This document shows positions 12,871-24,717 of a DNA stretch of 64,000 bases, in pieces. Each line of letters opens with the position of its first letter. Positions within the stretch are counted from its first letter, which is position 1. This stretch comes from Lama glama (taxonomy: Eukaryota). The notes under the pieces were generated by a model. It did no database searches and had not been told where the DNA came from. It saw nothing but the letters and a program-made list of their open reading frames with translations. A program made the position numbers and the translations under genes. The stretch spans positions 50,284,001 to 50,348,000 of the forward strand of contig CM052817.1 in the NCBI GenBank assembly GCA_028534125.1. Direction: 5' to 3'.

Positions 12871-14169
12871 AATATACACTGAGCTTATATAATGTAATCC
12901 AAAAGCAAAAGGCATTTAAGTTTTAAGCTGTCCTATAACCTTTTATTAGATAAATCTGATTTTTATTAATTTTTTGGAAATAGGTCAATGATCATCATGT
13001 CTGCTTCTGGTTTATTACTATCCCAAGCTGAGATGGTGGTGAAATCACCCTATCATGTTAGGATTCATGTTTGGAATAACAATTCCACCAAAAAAGGGCT
13101 TTTGTCATTTAAGTGGTTCTTGTAGATAGCTGAATTAGCATTAAAAGAAGTAGGTTTGCATTATAGAGAAAATCCTGGCAGAAGTGTTTGTTTTTTACAG
13201 TATTTTATGCATTAGTGATACAGTTGAAACATTAAATTTACTCCCAACCTGTCAAGTGTACCCAAACCACAAGAGGAAGAAAGGACTGTTTTGGAAGAGG
13301 AATTCTAGAAGCAATCTCTTTCATGAATGCTGGTTGACATTTTTGACCTAGGCATGGCCTCAGGGGAGATTGTTCTCTAGTGAGGATGCAGCCTGGGTGA
13401 ACAGTGAAAAGCTGGGATTTATTATGTCCATAGAATATAACCTTATGCATTCTAGGCTCTGATTTCTTCTACTGCTGATTTCAGGAGTTTAAGAGGAAGA
13501 AGCATATTGTGTCTCACTCCATGGCCCCTATTAAAATACATGACTTGTTTCTCCCCTGCACACAAACACACATAAACACTCATATTTAAACACACACACA
13601 TTTATACACAAAGCCTCCAGTGATTTGGACAGTGCTATTTACAGAAGAGGTAGGCTCTGGTTCCTAATTCCCGTAGTAATTACTTTATTTCTTGAAGCAT
13701 GAGATTTGATTACCTATACATTATTATTCATGCTGCATAATAATTTTGACTGTCTCTTCATGCAATTCTTCTTTAAAAAAAATAGTCTCACAATTTAGCT
13801 CAGGAAGACCAATGTTTTACATAGGCAGAGCAAGTTAGTGGCAAGCTTTGCCAAGTAATGAGTAGAGTTTTAAGAAACCCTAAAGTGGAGGCTGGGTAGG
13901 CCAGTGTTTTTGATTCAGGCTAGTAATTTATTTGTTTCAGCTAAGAGAAACAAAAATGAAAGAAGGTCGTGAGGGTAGCCAGTCAATATAGGCAGAGATA
14001 CATCTTTAGTATCCAGAGTTCTCTGTATTACCAAACATAGATGGCATATAATTTGTCCTGCCTCTGCTCTCCCCAGGCCACTGAATGAGCTGGTTCTAAG
14101 TTCTAAGAAGAATAAGAGTCACACCATAATGCCATTTATGTAAATTAGCACATGAGATATAAACCTATT

Positions 14170-15095
14170 TGTGATACTATGACTTATAAGAAATATGTAT
14201 TTGGTCTTTGTCTTCAGCTCCTGGCCAGAGCTTCTAGAACCTTTGTAATTTCTTAAGTAATAAAGGTGATGGGACCATCTTTTGTTGTAATGTTTGGTCT
14301 TTGACCTTGGTTCCTGACACAGAAATCCTAAATCTCTTGGAACTTCCTAGGTGATAGAAATGTCATTTGTTCTAATGAGGTGGCTCGTGGTGGGCTCCTG
14401 GATGGCTTCAGGATGGAGGCTGGTCACCAGAAAAACTAAGCCATGATTAGAAACTTGGAACTTTAAGTCCTACTCCTCATCCTTTGGGGAGGAGGGAGGG
14501 GTTGCAGAGTGAGTCAATAATTGGTCATGTGTGTGTGATGAAGCCTCCATTAAAAATCCCTGAACTAATCAGTTTGGAGAGCTTCTAGGTTGGGAGACGT
14601 ATATCCATGTGCTGGGAGGGTGGTACAGCCCAACTCCACAGGGACAGAAGCTCCTGCTCTGGACCTTGCTCTATATCGCTCTTCATCTGGCCATTCGTCT
14701 ATATCCTTTATCCTTTATCATATCCTTTATTATATCATAAACCAGTAAGTGTAAATAAGTGTTTCCTTGAGTTCTGTGAAACAACCTAGCAAATTATTAA
14801 AGCAGTGGAGGGCGTTGTGGGCTATAAGACAAATTTACAGCCAGTTGGTCAGAAGTATAGATGACAACCTGGACTTGTGATTGGCCTTTATAGTGGGGGC
14901 AGCCTTATGTGTGGGAAGACGTTCTTACCTTGTGAGATCTGACTAACTCCAAGTAGATAGTATCAGAACTGAATTGAATTGTTGGACACCTAGCTGGTGT
15001 CAGAAAATTGGTCAGTGTGGGGAAAAAAACCTACACATTTGGTGGCCAAAAGTATAGTGAGTAGTAGGGAAGTAACATGACAGTTTTTCAGTATA
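14170..15095 (+). mobile_element. MER21B-like ERVL solo LTR
   Basis: Starts tgtgatact; hallmarks ggctggtcaccagaaa, gtgctgggagggtgg, tccttgagttctgtga, cagaactgaattgaattg; near-TSD ctatt/ccatt. Confidence 0.85.
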
Positions 15096-15131
15096 CCATT
15101 TTATAAGGATACATGCTAACTATTAAATGTA

Positions 15132-15734
15132 TTATTTTTTGAAGTGTAGTTGATATAAAATATTATGTAAGTTACAGGTGTACAACATAGTGATTTACAA
15201 TTTTTAAAGGTTATACTCCATTTATAGTTAATATAAAATAATGGCTATATTCCCTGTGTTGTACAATATATTATTGTATCTTGTTTTATACCTAATAGTT
15301 TGTACCTCTTACCCACCTACACCTATATTGCCCCTCCCATCTCTCTCCCCACTAGCAACCTCTAGTTTGCTCTCTATGTCTGAGTCTGTTTCTGTTTTGT
15401 CATATTCACTTTTTTTTTATTTTTTAGATTGCACATAAAGTGATATCATACAGTATTTGTCTTTCTCTATCTGCCTAATTTTATTTAAGCAAAATGCCCT
15501 CCAAGTCCATCCATGTTATTGCAAATGGCAAGATTTCATTCTTTTTTGTGGCTGAGTTGAATTCCATTGTAGCTATACACCACATCTTCTTTATCCATTC
15601 ATCTTTTGATAGACACTTAGATTTCTTCCATATCTTGGCTATTGTAAATAATGTTGCTATGAACACTGGAGTGTAGCTTTTCAAATTAGTGTTTTTGCTT
15701 TTTTTGGTTATGTACCCAGGAGTGAATTGCTGGT
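15132..15734 (-). mobile_element. 5'-truncated L1 3' end (older cetartiodactyl type)
   Basis: gaagtgtagttgatataaaatattatg...ttttaaaggttatactccatttatag...tcttggctattgtaaataatgttgctatgaac; minus ORF 15481-15849 gives L1 ORF2 C-terminal-like FIATLFTIAKIWK. Confidence 0.9.
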
Positions 15735-15954
15735 CTAATTTAAGGACATATGTTGAAACAGTAGAGCAGGTGCCTAGGGGAAGGAGGTGTGGATGGTGAG
15801 AACTGAAGTGGAGAGCAAGAATAAGGGGGAAAACATATCCTAGCAACAAATAAAGAGAATTTCACATTTTTTTTTCCTGGACTTTCTCAAGCAAAGATAG
15901 TCTTTGAAGATTTGTTTCATTTTTGTTTTTTCATTGGCATTCATCTTGGAAATG

Positions 15955-16165
15955 ATAATGAAAAGAGCATAGGATCTAGGTTCGAACACATGGTTTTGTT
16001 CTGACTGTTATGACTAGGTAAGTCATCCCTGTTCCCTGATGCTTTATCATGTTCCTCAGCTATAAAATAATGATACTACTGATCCTTTCACATTTTGATG
16101 CCAGTTAAGTTGTTCTAACATGTAATAGTGCTTTGTAAACTGTAAGATGCTTTTCCAACGTTAAC
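15955..16165 (+). mobile_element. MIR (MIRc/MIR3-like) remnant
   Basis: ggatctaggttcg...tgactaggtaagtca...ttcctcagctataaaat...gtgctttgtaaactgtaa. Confidence 0.6.
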
Positions 16166-16332
16166 CAATTTCATTTCTGTTGGAGCAAGTTTAGTCACAC
16201 AAAGAAGCTTTGTGTCTTTTTAATAAACCAGATTGGAAATTGAAAACCAAGCCTCCCTTTTACTCTCACATGGTTCTCCATTTATCTGGGAACAAGTGTT
16301 GGTCATTCGTTTTTGTCCTATTAGGAACAGAT

Positions 16333-16570
16333 TAGTGCAGTAGTTTAGAGCTGGCCTCAAGTGTCAGACTGTCTGGATTAGAACTGAGCTCCCACTTGCT
16401 ATGAGTGACCTGGGGCAAGTGACTTACACTTTTTATGTCTCTGTTTTCTTATCTGTAAGGTGAGGGTGGCCATACCTGCCTCTAGATGGTGTGGAGAAAA
16501 TTAAATAAGCTAATGAATATAAAGTGCTTAAAATAGTCCTTGTTATGGAGTATTTAGCAAATGTCAGTTT
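16333..16570 (+). mobile_element. MIR SINE, near full length
   Basis: gtgacctggggcaagtgactt...tctgttttcttatctgtaagg...aaagtgcttaaaatagt. Confidence 0.85.
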
Positions 16571-17858
16571 TTGTTGACAAACTCAGGATTGACTTTACCA
16601 CTCTCTTCACCCATCCTTTTTGCCATAAATAATTCAAGTTGATTCCAGAAAATATCAAGAAAAACCAAAAAGGATAAAATTGATAGAAGGAAAGCTCTTC
16701 CAAAGTGTTAAGAGCATGTAGGCAAATTCATTTAACTTACCAACGTGACTAACATCCACGCATTTTTGAAGTTGAATTCTGGTCTTCTCAATCATTTCCA
16801 ACACTGGAAAAATCTACTGATATCTCTTTTTCTTGTTTCTTTTCATTTTGTCCTTCTTGTCTCCAGTTCAGAGATAATTTAGAGCCATGACTGGGTTATA
16901 GCCCCTCTTCTCTTCTATTTCATCTTTAATATTAATATTCTTTGACATTTTAATTAAAAATAGCATTCATGAATGTTCTGATTTTAAGAGTAGTAATTGT
17001 AATCTGTTTATGGTGGAAAATTTGGAAAATATATAGAAAAGAATAAAAGATAAAATTGAAATCACTGATACCCATGCTATCTAAAGAATGATGGTTGCCA
17101 TTTATATATATATAAAAAAAACCAGTAAGTTTAAACTTTACTTGAATTTGACAGAAGAAAAAAATACTAAAATGTAACTGAAGGGGGTAAATTCATTTAA
17201 AAATATGTATCATTAGTTGCTAGGAGGTTCCATCAAAGTTAAAATAAAAGATTAAGAAAAAAATTAAAAGTGTTTGGATATGTTTTATTGTTGTGGTTAT
17301 TGTTGTTGAGACTTTGGATCTTTACATTTTTTAGACAGCATAGAATTTCCAGATAGTAAAACTTACTATCTCATAAAAATCAGACCACCTTTCATTAATT
17401 TAAAAACAAGTTTAAAATTCAAGTCTAGTTTTAGAATTACTCTGTAAGAGAAATTAATATGAAAAGACTAATCTGTAAGCAAAATGTATGGTCAAATGAC
17501 AAATCACTTTTAGGAAACACACAAACTGTAAATTAAGAGTGCTAGTTAGTCTCATTTATCCTTCTGAATTACAAGACTAAATGTTTTGGCTTTGTTATTT
17601 CAGAAAGCATTATTACTTACATTCTTATCAGTTACTCAAAATCATACAATATACTACTTTGTTTGGATTATAATGTTTTATTTTTATTTGTTTCTAATTT
17701 AAAACATTTTTCTTGTTGATAAGAAGAGGAATACCTTCTTATTAGCAGCACATTATAATATAATTTGTACATTCTTACTTATAAAATAGCATAGTAATAT
17801 TTACTCTAATTTTGAAGACAACTTTCATATGGAGATTTTTAAAACTGCGTATATTAGA

Positions 17859-18253
17859 TGATTTGGACTGAATCATATCTGTCCAAAATTCATATTCAGA
17901 GGCCTTAACTCCCAATGTGACTATGTTTTGGAAATACAGCCTTTAGAAGGTAATTATGGGTAAATGAGGTCTTAAGAATGGAACCCTAATCCAATAGAAT
18001 TAATGTCCTTATGAGAGACAAGAGAGAGCTCTTTCTTTCTAGCTCCACATGTGCATGAAGAAGAGGTTATGTGAACCCACACTAAGATGGCAACTATCTG
18101 TAAGCCAGGAAGAGAGAGACCTCACCAGAAACCAATCATGCTAACATCCTAACCTCAGATTTCCAGTCCCCAGAATTGTGAGAAAATAAGTCTTTGTGTG
18201 TAAGTCACTGAGTGTATGATATTTTGTTATGGCAGCCAAAAGCAGACTGATAA
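17859..18253 (+). mobile_element. MLT1A-like MaLR solo LTR
   Basis: ggactgaat...ccaaaattcatattc...ccctaatccaatag...aagccaggaagag...ttgttatggcagcc...gactgataa. Confidence 0.9.
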
Positions 18254-18719
18254 ATTAGGTGACTTCACCATTTCTTAGATCCCCTGTTTGTCTTTTGGAT
18301 TTTTTTACTTTAATGAAGTTTGTTCAGAAATGCATTTTTTGAAGGAGTATATGGATGGTGAACTTTCTGGGTCCTTGAGTACCTGAAAATGTTATTTTGA
18401 ACTAAGCTATAATGTATTTATTTATTTATATATTTTTCTTTCTTTATAAGGTTTAATTCTTTCAAGTTTAGAAATTCCAGAAATTGACGCACACAATTTA
18501 ATCAAAATAACAAAACTTCATAAACTTCCAAATTGCCAGGTAGAGGAGTAAGTTATGATGTACAGCTAAGTTGAGGTAAACCTTAGCAATGTATTCAAGG
18601 TTTTTGTTTAACTGATGATCTTCTCAGTTACTTTATACAATAGTGTTATCACATATTTAAATTATAACAAATTTGTATCAAAAACTGTTATTTAAAGTCA
18701 CCAGGCTGCTCCATAAGCT

Positions 18720-18826
18720 TTTGAACTGCTTACTTGAAGACTTCCTGTTATGTGAGCCAATTAAATGTCTTGATCACTTAGCCTACTGTTAGGAATGTGC
18801 AGCTAAATGAAAACTAAATGATACAT
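18720..18826 (+). mobile_element. Old MaLR (MLT1J/K-like) LTR 3' fragment
   Basis: gacttcctgttatgtgagccaattaaatgtc...tgcagctaa...aatgataca. Confidence 0.5.
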
Positions 18827-21800
18827 TATGGATTTAGCCATGTAATCTCAAACTTTTTTGAAAAAAATATATTTTTCTTCAACCATCATCATGAAAATGT
18901 GAGAAAATGTGGCTGTTAGACCATCATGATAACCCAGTGCTTTTCTCAACTCATGGTTGCAATCTTGATCTCTGTAACACACTTAAAACTGTCTTTTTGA
19001 TGCTCAAATCCAGTAATCTCAAGGTTTCCTATTTGGTAAAACTTGTAGTTTTAATCTTTTCTTAATTGATTTGCATGTTGTAATTAGTCAAATAGTTTCT
19101 CTTGAAAATCAACCAGTGAGTCTTGTTAAATAGATGTAATGGTTAGAAAATAATCCTTTAGTTCACATGGATTAATCACAGCAATCTCTCCTATTCTTTA
19201 GAAGTTCTATCATATATTCTGAGATTTGGCACATGACAGGCAAACTTATGGGTTTAAAATTGTTTTTTTTTTTAGATTTCAATGCTTCAGAACTTTATAA
19301 GAGAATGAAAAACTCCTCTTTTATAAATATATGAATATATATGTTGTCTGTGTGTCTGTGCTAATGTACACTCATAATAGGAAATAACTGTTCCCCCATC
19401 TACTTTATTTATTTCTAGAAATTTTCTTGTGGATTTTTCTAGGGCCAAACTGCAGTCCACATCTCCATCGATCTCCCACACAGGAGAAGTAGGATTATTA
19501 GCTCAGAATTTCCATTGGTACAATTACTAATTACCCACAATCTGTTTCCACCTTCTGTACCTGACTCTGTGTGAAGTTAATCCAGAATTCTGTTGGAAAG
19601 AATGGCTCTTGGTCTCTTCAGATCCTTTCTGTGTCTTTGGTTTACATTTTCTGGGCTCTTATTTCTCCATCTAGCTGATGCCAAATACTGTCTTTCTTTT
19701 CCAGAAAGTTCTCATAATTTTTTTTGTCTGGGTAATCATTTTTAAAAACCATAGATATTAGTTTTGGTTATGTTTTCTGCCACTTCACTGGGACTCTGGG
19801 AGGGAAAACAAGTGAATGCATTTACTCTTTCCTTCGTGAACTAGATGTCCCTCTTTCTTACGTGATTTACTCCATTTAGTAGAGAAACAACTTTAGGGAC
19901 TCCACCAAGCCATCATATTTTTTCTTGTTCCTCAGAAAAAACGACCTCAAAATGATCATCCATGAGGCCATCTGTTTCCACATCATCTTTGTGTCACCTT
20001 AGCAGGAAAAAAGTGTTTGTTTACTGCTCACAAATTATCGCACTCTTCACCTCTGACATTACAGAATTTTTATTGTTTTTTGTGTGTGTGTTTAAAAAAA
20101 CGTTATTTCAATTTGGGAAAGGAACCTACACTCGCTCTAGTTCAGATCCTGTATATCCCAAACATATGCTTCGGAAGTAAACTTTCCTTTCAATTTGGGC
20201 CACAGAATACCAAGATAAGAAGTCAAATACAGGAGAGGAAGTAAATAAAATCCCTTTGAGTAAATAAGAAAAATCCTGATTTCAAATAATAAAGCACTTT
20301 AAGGACATCAAGTTGAACTATCTACCTCCTTTTATGGTTAAGAAAGTTATACTTTAAATTCCTATTTCAATACCACCCCCTTCAGAAATTGAAAGAAAAT
20401 GCCCTTGTTAAATATGAAAGGTAGACGTACTGTGAAAATCTTTGAGGCCATGGGAAGAGAGTTTTTTTAAGGGAAATGCAGTAACACTGATGACTTATGG
20501 CTGACCACGGTAATGCTGTTACTGTCATGAGCCATTCTGGACGATTCCAGGAGACTGAAGCTTCCCCTTTCACATCCATCATTGCTGGAGTATTGAATGG
20601 GTAGCTAATGATATTGTCGGCTTGTGGTGATATACATGTCTCTTTTTCTTGGAGAACAATAATCTTCACATTTCTGTTTGTGGCTCTGGGCAGAGCTGGC
20701 AAGGAGAATAAAATTTTCTATTATTTCCTGTCCAAAGGATGGAAATGCTGCCCCAGCGACTTCCTATGCTGAAACCTGAAACTACTGTTCATTCTCAAAT
20801 AGTGCTCCCTTACTCACCAATAAATCCATAGTTTCCAAAGTCCTGGTGGTAAGCTGAAAAATAACATCACATGTTACTCTTCATCCCGATTTGGGATCAC
20901 TTAACAATTAGATGATTAATTGAATAATTGTTGCTAACACTGGTAATGTAATTAGTACTACCCAAACAAGGTCACCATAGTGACCTTAAATCTGTGGATC
21001 ATGATACAAGAGCAGTGGTGCTGTCTGATTTAGAAAAGATCCTGCTGATCCAGGTCCTGTGTTGGAAGACTGTCCAACTGATGATAGGTTGGGTCTGAGC
21101 AAGGCATCCCAGTGAGGTCAAGCCATTTATACTGGAGACAGAGAAAAATAGGTCATCTAGTGTGGATGTGTTATTCTCATAATTTATAGTCTTTACATCT
21201 ATAGTGACCTACTTCTGTCTTTTGTCCCCATCCAATATCATATTCCTATACTTTTCACATCATTCAGTATATCCACTTCCATACTGAATATTGTATTATC
21301 TGTTCTTGTTGTTGTTTAAGTAGAAGAGTGCTGTGCATTTATTCTTCTGATCCTATTCTTAGCATTTATCTAAATTGGCCAGAACTTTGTTATTTCAATT
21401 TCTCACTCTCACTCCATTTATTAACTGTTGTTATTGGGCAGATCATTTAATTTCTCTGGATATGATGGGTACTTTGTATGTGTGAGGCTATTTTGGACAT
21501 TCTACAAATATAATTGAAAAGACATTTTTTCTGTCTTTTCTATCATCTTTTAGCACAATATCTTATACACAAGAAACATATTGTGAGTTAGTGAACTTAA
21601 CTAAATTAAGACACAGCCCTTGCCCTCAATAAAAGGTTGATTGTTATAAATGTTAAGTTAGATGTCAATTGGGAGTTGCTACAGCCCTGCATTTTCTAAA
21701 GGACAGTGGTGACTTCTTTTCTCTAAATCCATGGCCTGTGGAAATCTGGAGCCTCCATCAATATTTCTGTTTTTCTTTGTGTAGAGAGTGATGGAGGATA

Positions 21801-21949
21801 TAGGCCAGCTGGGATTCTCTGCTTCTTAGTTTCATCCTTGTGGTTTGCTTCTGTCCTACAGTGTATTGCTCCAAGGTGAAATCTAGCTCTTTAATTGATT
21901 TTCAGTGCCAAAACATCACTTAACATGTATTCCTGAATTTACTAGATTT

Positions 21950-24680
21950 TATTTGTATTTTTTCTTTAAATTAAAAAAAGAAGAATCTTTCCCAGTCATT
22001 TCTCACTTACATCCACTTTCCATGTGTATCTGCTGTCTGCGTAGTTACTTTCATATAAATGCATATGATAAAATGTGTAAGAATATGTCAGATATATTTT
22101 GTGTTTATAATATGTTTAATATATATGTTTTGCATTTATTTAGAACATTCATACAGAGATATTTTGATGTAGTTCTTGTTCTAAGTTTTTTTTAATGAAG
22201 CTTTTTTAAAGGTCTGTCTATGTTGATATATATAATTTTAGCATTCAGGGGATACTTAATATAACATTTTATTTGTATTTTCACCTTGATAGGTATTTAA
22301 ATATGCTTTCAATTATTTGCTATTACAAACAATGCAAAGAGCATGTTTGTACCGCTATCTTTGTATTCATCTTTAGAAGTTTCTCTAGGGTACCAGAGTG
22401 AAAAAGAGTGGCTTTTAAAGCAAAGAGTGGAATAGAGCATAAGGTGGGCACATACTGTACTCGGTTGCATTATAGTCTAATTGTACCATAAATGACTCCA
22501 CTAATGCATAATCCAACAATCCTTTTCAATATTTCATGTTGTCTAATTGTTACATTTGTAAGTCACATTGGCATAAAGTGGATATGCTATATACAATGGA
22601 TCTCTGAACATACATGGATCTGTTTCTAGATCTCGCTTTTTTCCTATTACTACAACACTGCCTTAATTACTATAACCTTGTAAAACATATTAATCTTGTT
22701 AAATTAAGCTCTGCTATTTGCTCTACTTTTTCAGGATTATCATAGTTATTTTTAGAATTTTATCCTTCCATATTAATTTAAAAATTTGCAAACTAGGATT
22801 GCCACATTGCATAAGTCCAAAGGGCACCATTTATGTAATATATAAACTGCAACAAAGTAGTCCTGTGATAAATTCCTTTAAACTCTTAAAATATTTTGAC
22901 TGCAATTACCATTGAATGTGTAGGTTAATTTGGCAGAAGTTGACATATTTATAATATTGTTATAGGCTTTGTGTAATTATATACTTATATATATTCTATA
23001 AGGATATAATTTTAGTTTGGTTTCTTTTTCACTTCACTAACACTAGAACCTAGATGGGAGTCTGACCCAGCAGGAATTCAGTACATAATTGCTGAATGAA
23101 TAAATAAAGTTTTCTACCCACCCATTAATTCTTTCATGTGTATAGCATATTTCTCCACATACTTTGGTATATTTGGATGCCTTATTAAATGTCATTTAAT
23201 AATGTTTACATGTTTTCAAGAATGGTTTTGTAAAACTTTTGTTAGATTAATTCCTAGATACTCTATAAATTTTGTTTAAATGATAACTACTGGTATAGGT
23301 AAACTTAGCTGATTTTTTGAGATGACATTCTTATATTGCTACAGTGTCATTAATTTTAGCAGTTCATCTATTTTTTTTTCTATGGACATGATCATATCTT
23401 TTTCAAATGACATTTTAACTCTTTATTGGAATATTTAAATCTTTTGGTTATCTTACTGCATTGACCAGGGCCTCCATGAAGTATTGTTGACATTTGCAGT
23501 ATGTTTTTTCTAGTCACTTACTATACAGTTATATAAGATTCTCTCTGTCTGCTTTGCTAAGGGTTTTAAAAAATAAGTAAAAGTTAAATTTTATTGAATG
23601 CTTTTGTTTTTACACAATTTATAATGACATATTGTTTCCTCTTTAATCAATTACTCTAATTTAATTAATAAATTATCTAATTTTGAGGCATCTTTCTATT
23701 TAGAAAATTAATACAACAATTTGCAAAAACGATACAACTTACATGTTTCTACAAAATACTGTTGGACTCATTTACATAGTCCTTTATGTAGAATTTTTGT
23801 GAATACCTTCACAAATGGAAATGACCTACAGTGTTACTTTCTTGAATGTATATCAGTATAACAGTAAATGTTATACTGTTCTCATAAGATTAAGAGGCAG
23901 CTTTGTCTCTATTTCTGTTCTCTAGGACAAATTATAGAAGCTGTAGGCTATTATGTGCTCCTTGGATGGTTGATTAAAACTGCCTGAATAAACTATCTGG
24001 GTGGTGACTTCTTTTGGAGAGAAGTTTTCATCTATCATCCTATTATTTTTAATGGTTATTGATTTATTCCAGCTTTCTATTTCTTACTGGCCAATTTTAG
24101 CAATCAAAAGACTCAGTTACAATTAAAAAAAATCTCTGCTCTATAAGTAGTGTGTTTCTGTCTTTCATTCTGAATTTTGCTTATTTATTAATTTTATATT
24201 TTTTCTTGATCAGTCTTGCTAGAGAATTGCCTATGTTAGTTGCCTTTAAAAAATAGATTGAGTTTTGCTAATCTTTTCTCTTATTTTTCTATTCCACTGA
24301 TTTTTGCTCTTATATTAATTATTGATTTCTTACAGTTTTAAAAAGCATTTAATTTTCTAATTTTTTTTTATTTTCTAAATTTTCTAATTTTTGAGTTGAA
24401 TGCTCAACTAATTTATTTTTGGTCATCCTTATTTACTGTTTTTACATCCGTAAACTTAACTATACATACATCAATTTACCTCCAAAATTATGATGTGCAG
24501 TACTTTCATGATCTTTAAACTGTCTTTCATAATTTTAGCTATTTACTCTTTGACCCATTGGTTTTTGGATATAGGATAATGGGTTTTCAATTACATAGTC
24601 TTCCTTCCTCCCTTCCTTCCTTCCTTCCTTTCTTTTTCTTTCTTTCTTTCGTATCCAATTGTTTTCTAATTTTTTAATAT
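21950..24680 (-). mobile_element. Very old L1ME-type element (3' UTR and ORF2), heavily degraded
   Basis: Antisense L1 text: ttgctattacaaacaatgc, ggatctgtttctaga, tccttccatattaattt, tttcttgatcagtcttgctagag. Contains a small L2 tail (~23020-23105) and a possible MER91-like MITE (~22794-22865). Confidence 0.7.
24599..24650. repeat. (TTCC)n/(TTTC)n simple repeat
   Basis: Directly visible: ttccttcctcccttccttccttccttcctttctttttctttctttctttc. Confidence 0.9.
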
Positions 24681-24717
24681 TGCAGTAGCTATAGGAGGCA
24701 TGAGACAGGTGAGTCTT

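Noticed and set aside
16980..19850. Possible additional ancient L1ME/HAL1 or DNA-transposon fragments around the MLT1A
   Set aside because: Similarity too degraded to assign family or boundaries by eye.
20382..20702. 106-aa minus ORF in unique sequence
   Set aside because: No recognisable homology or exon structure; may be constrained non-coding DNA but cannot be supported from sequence alone.
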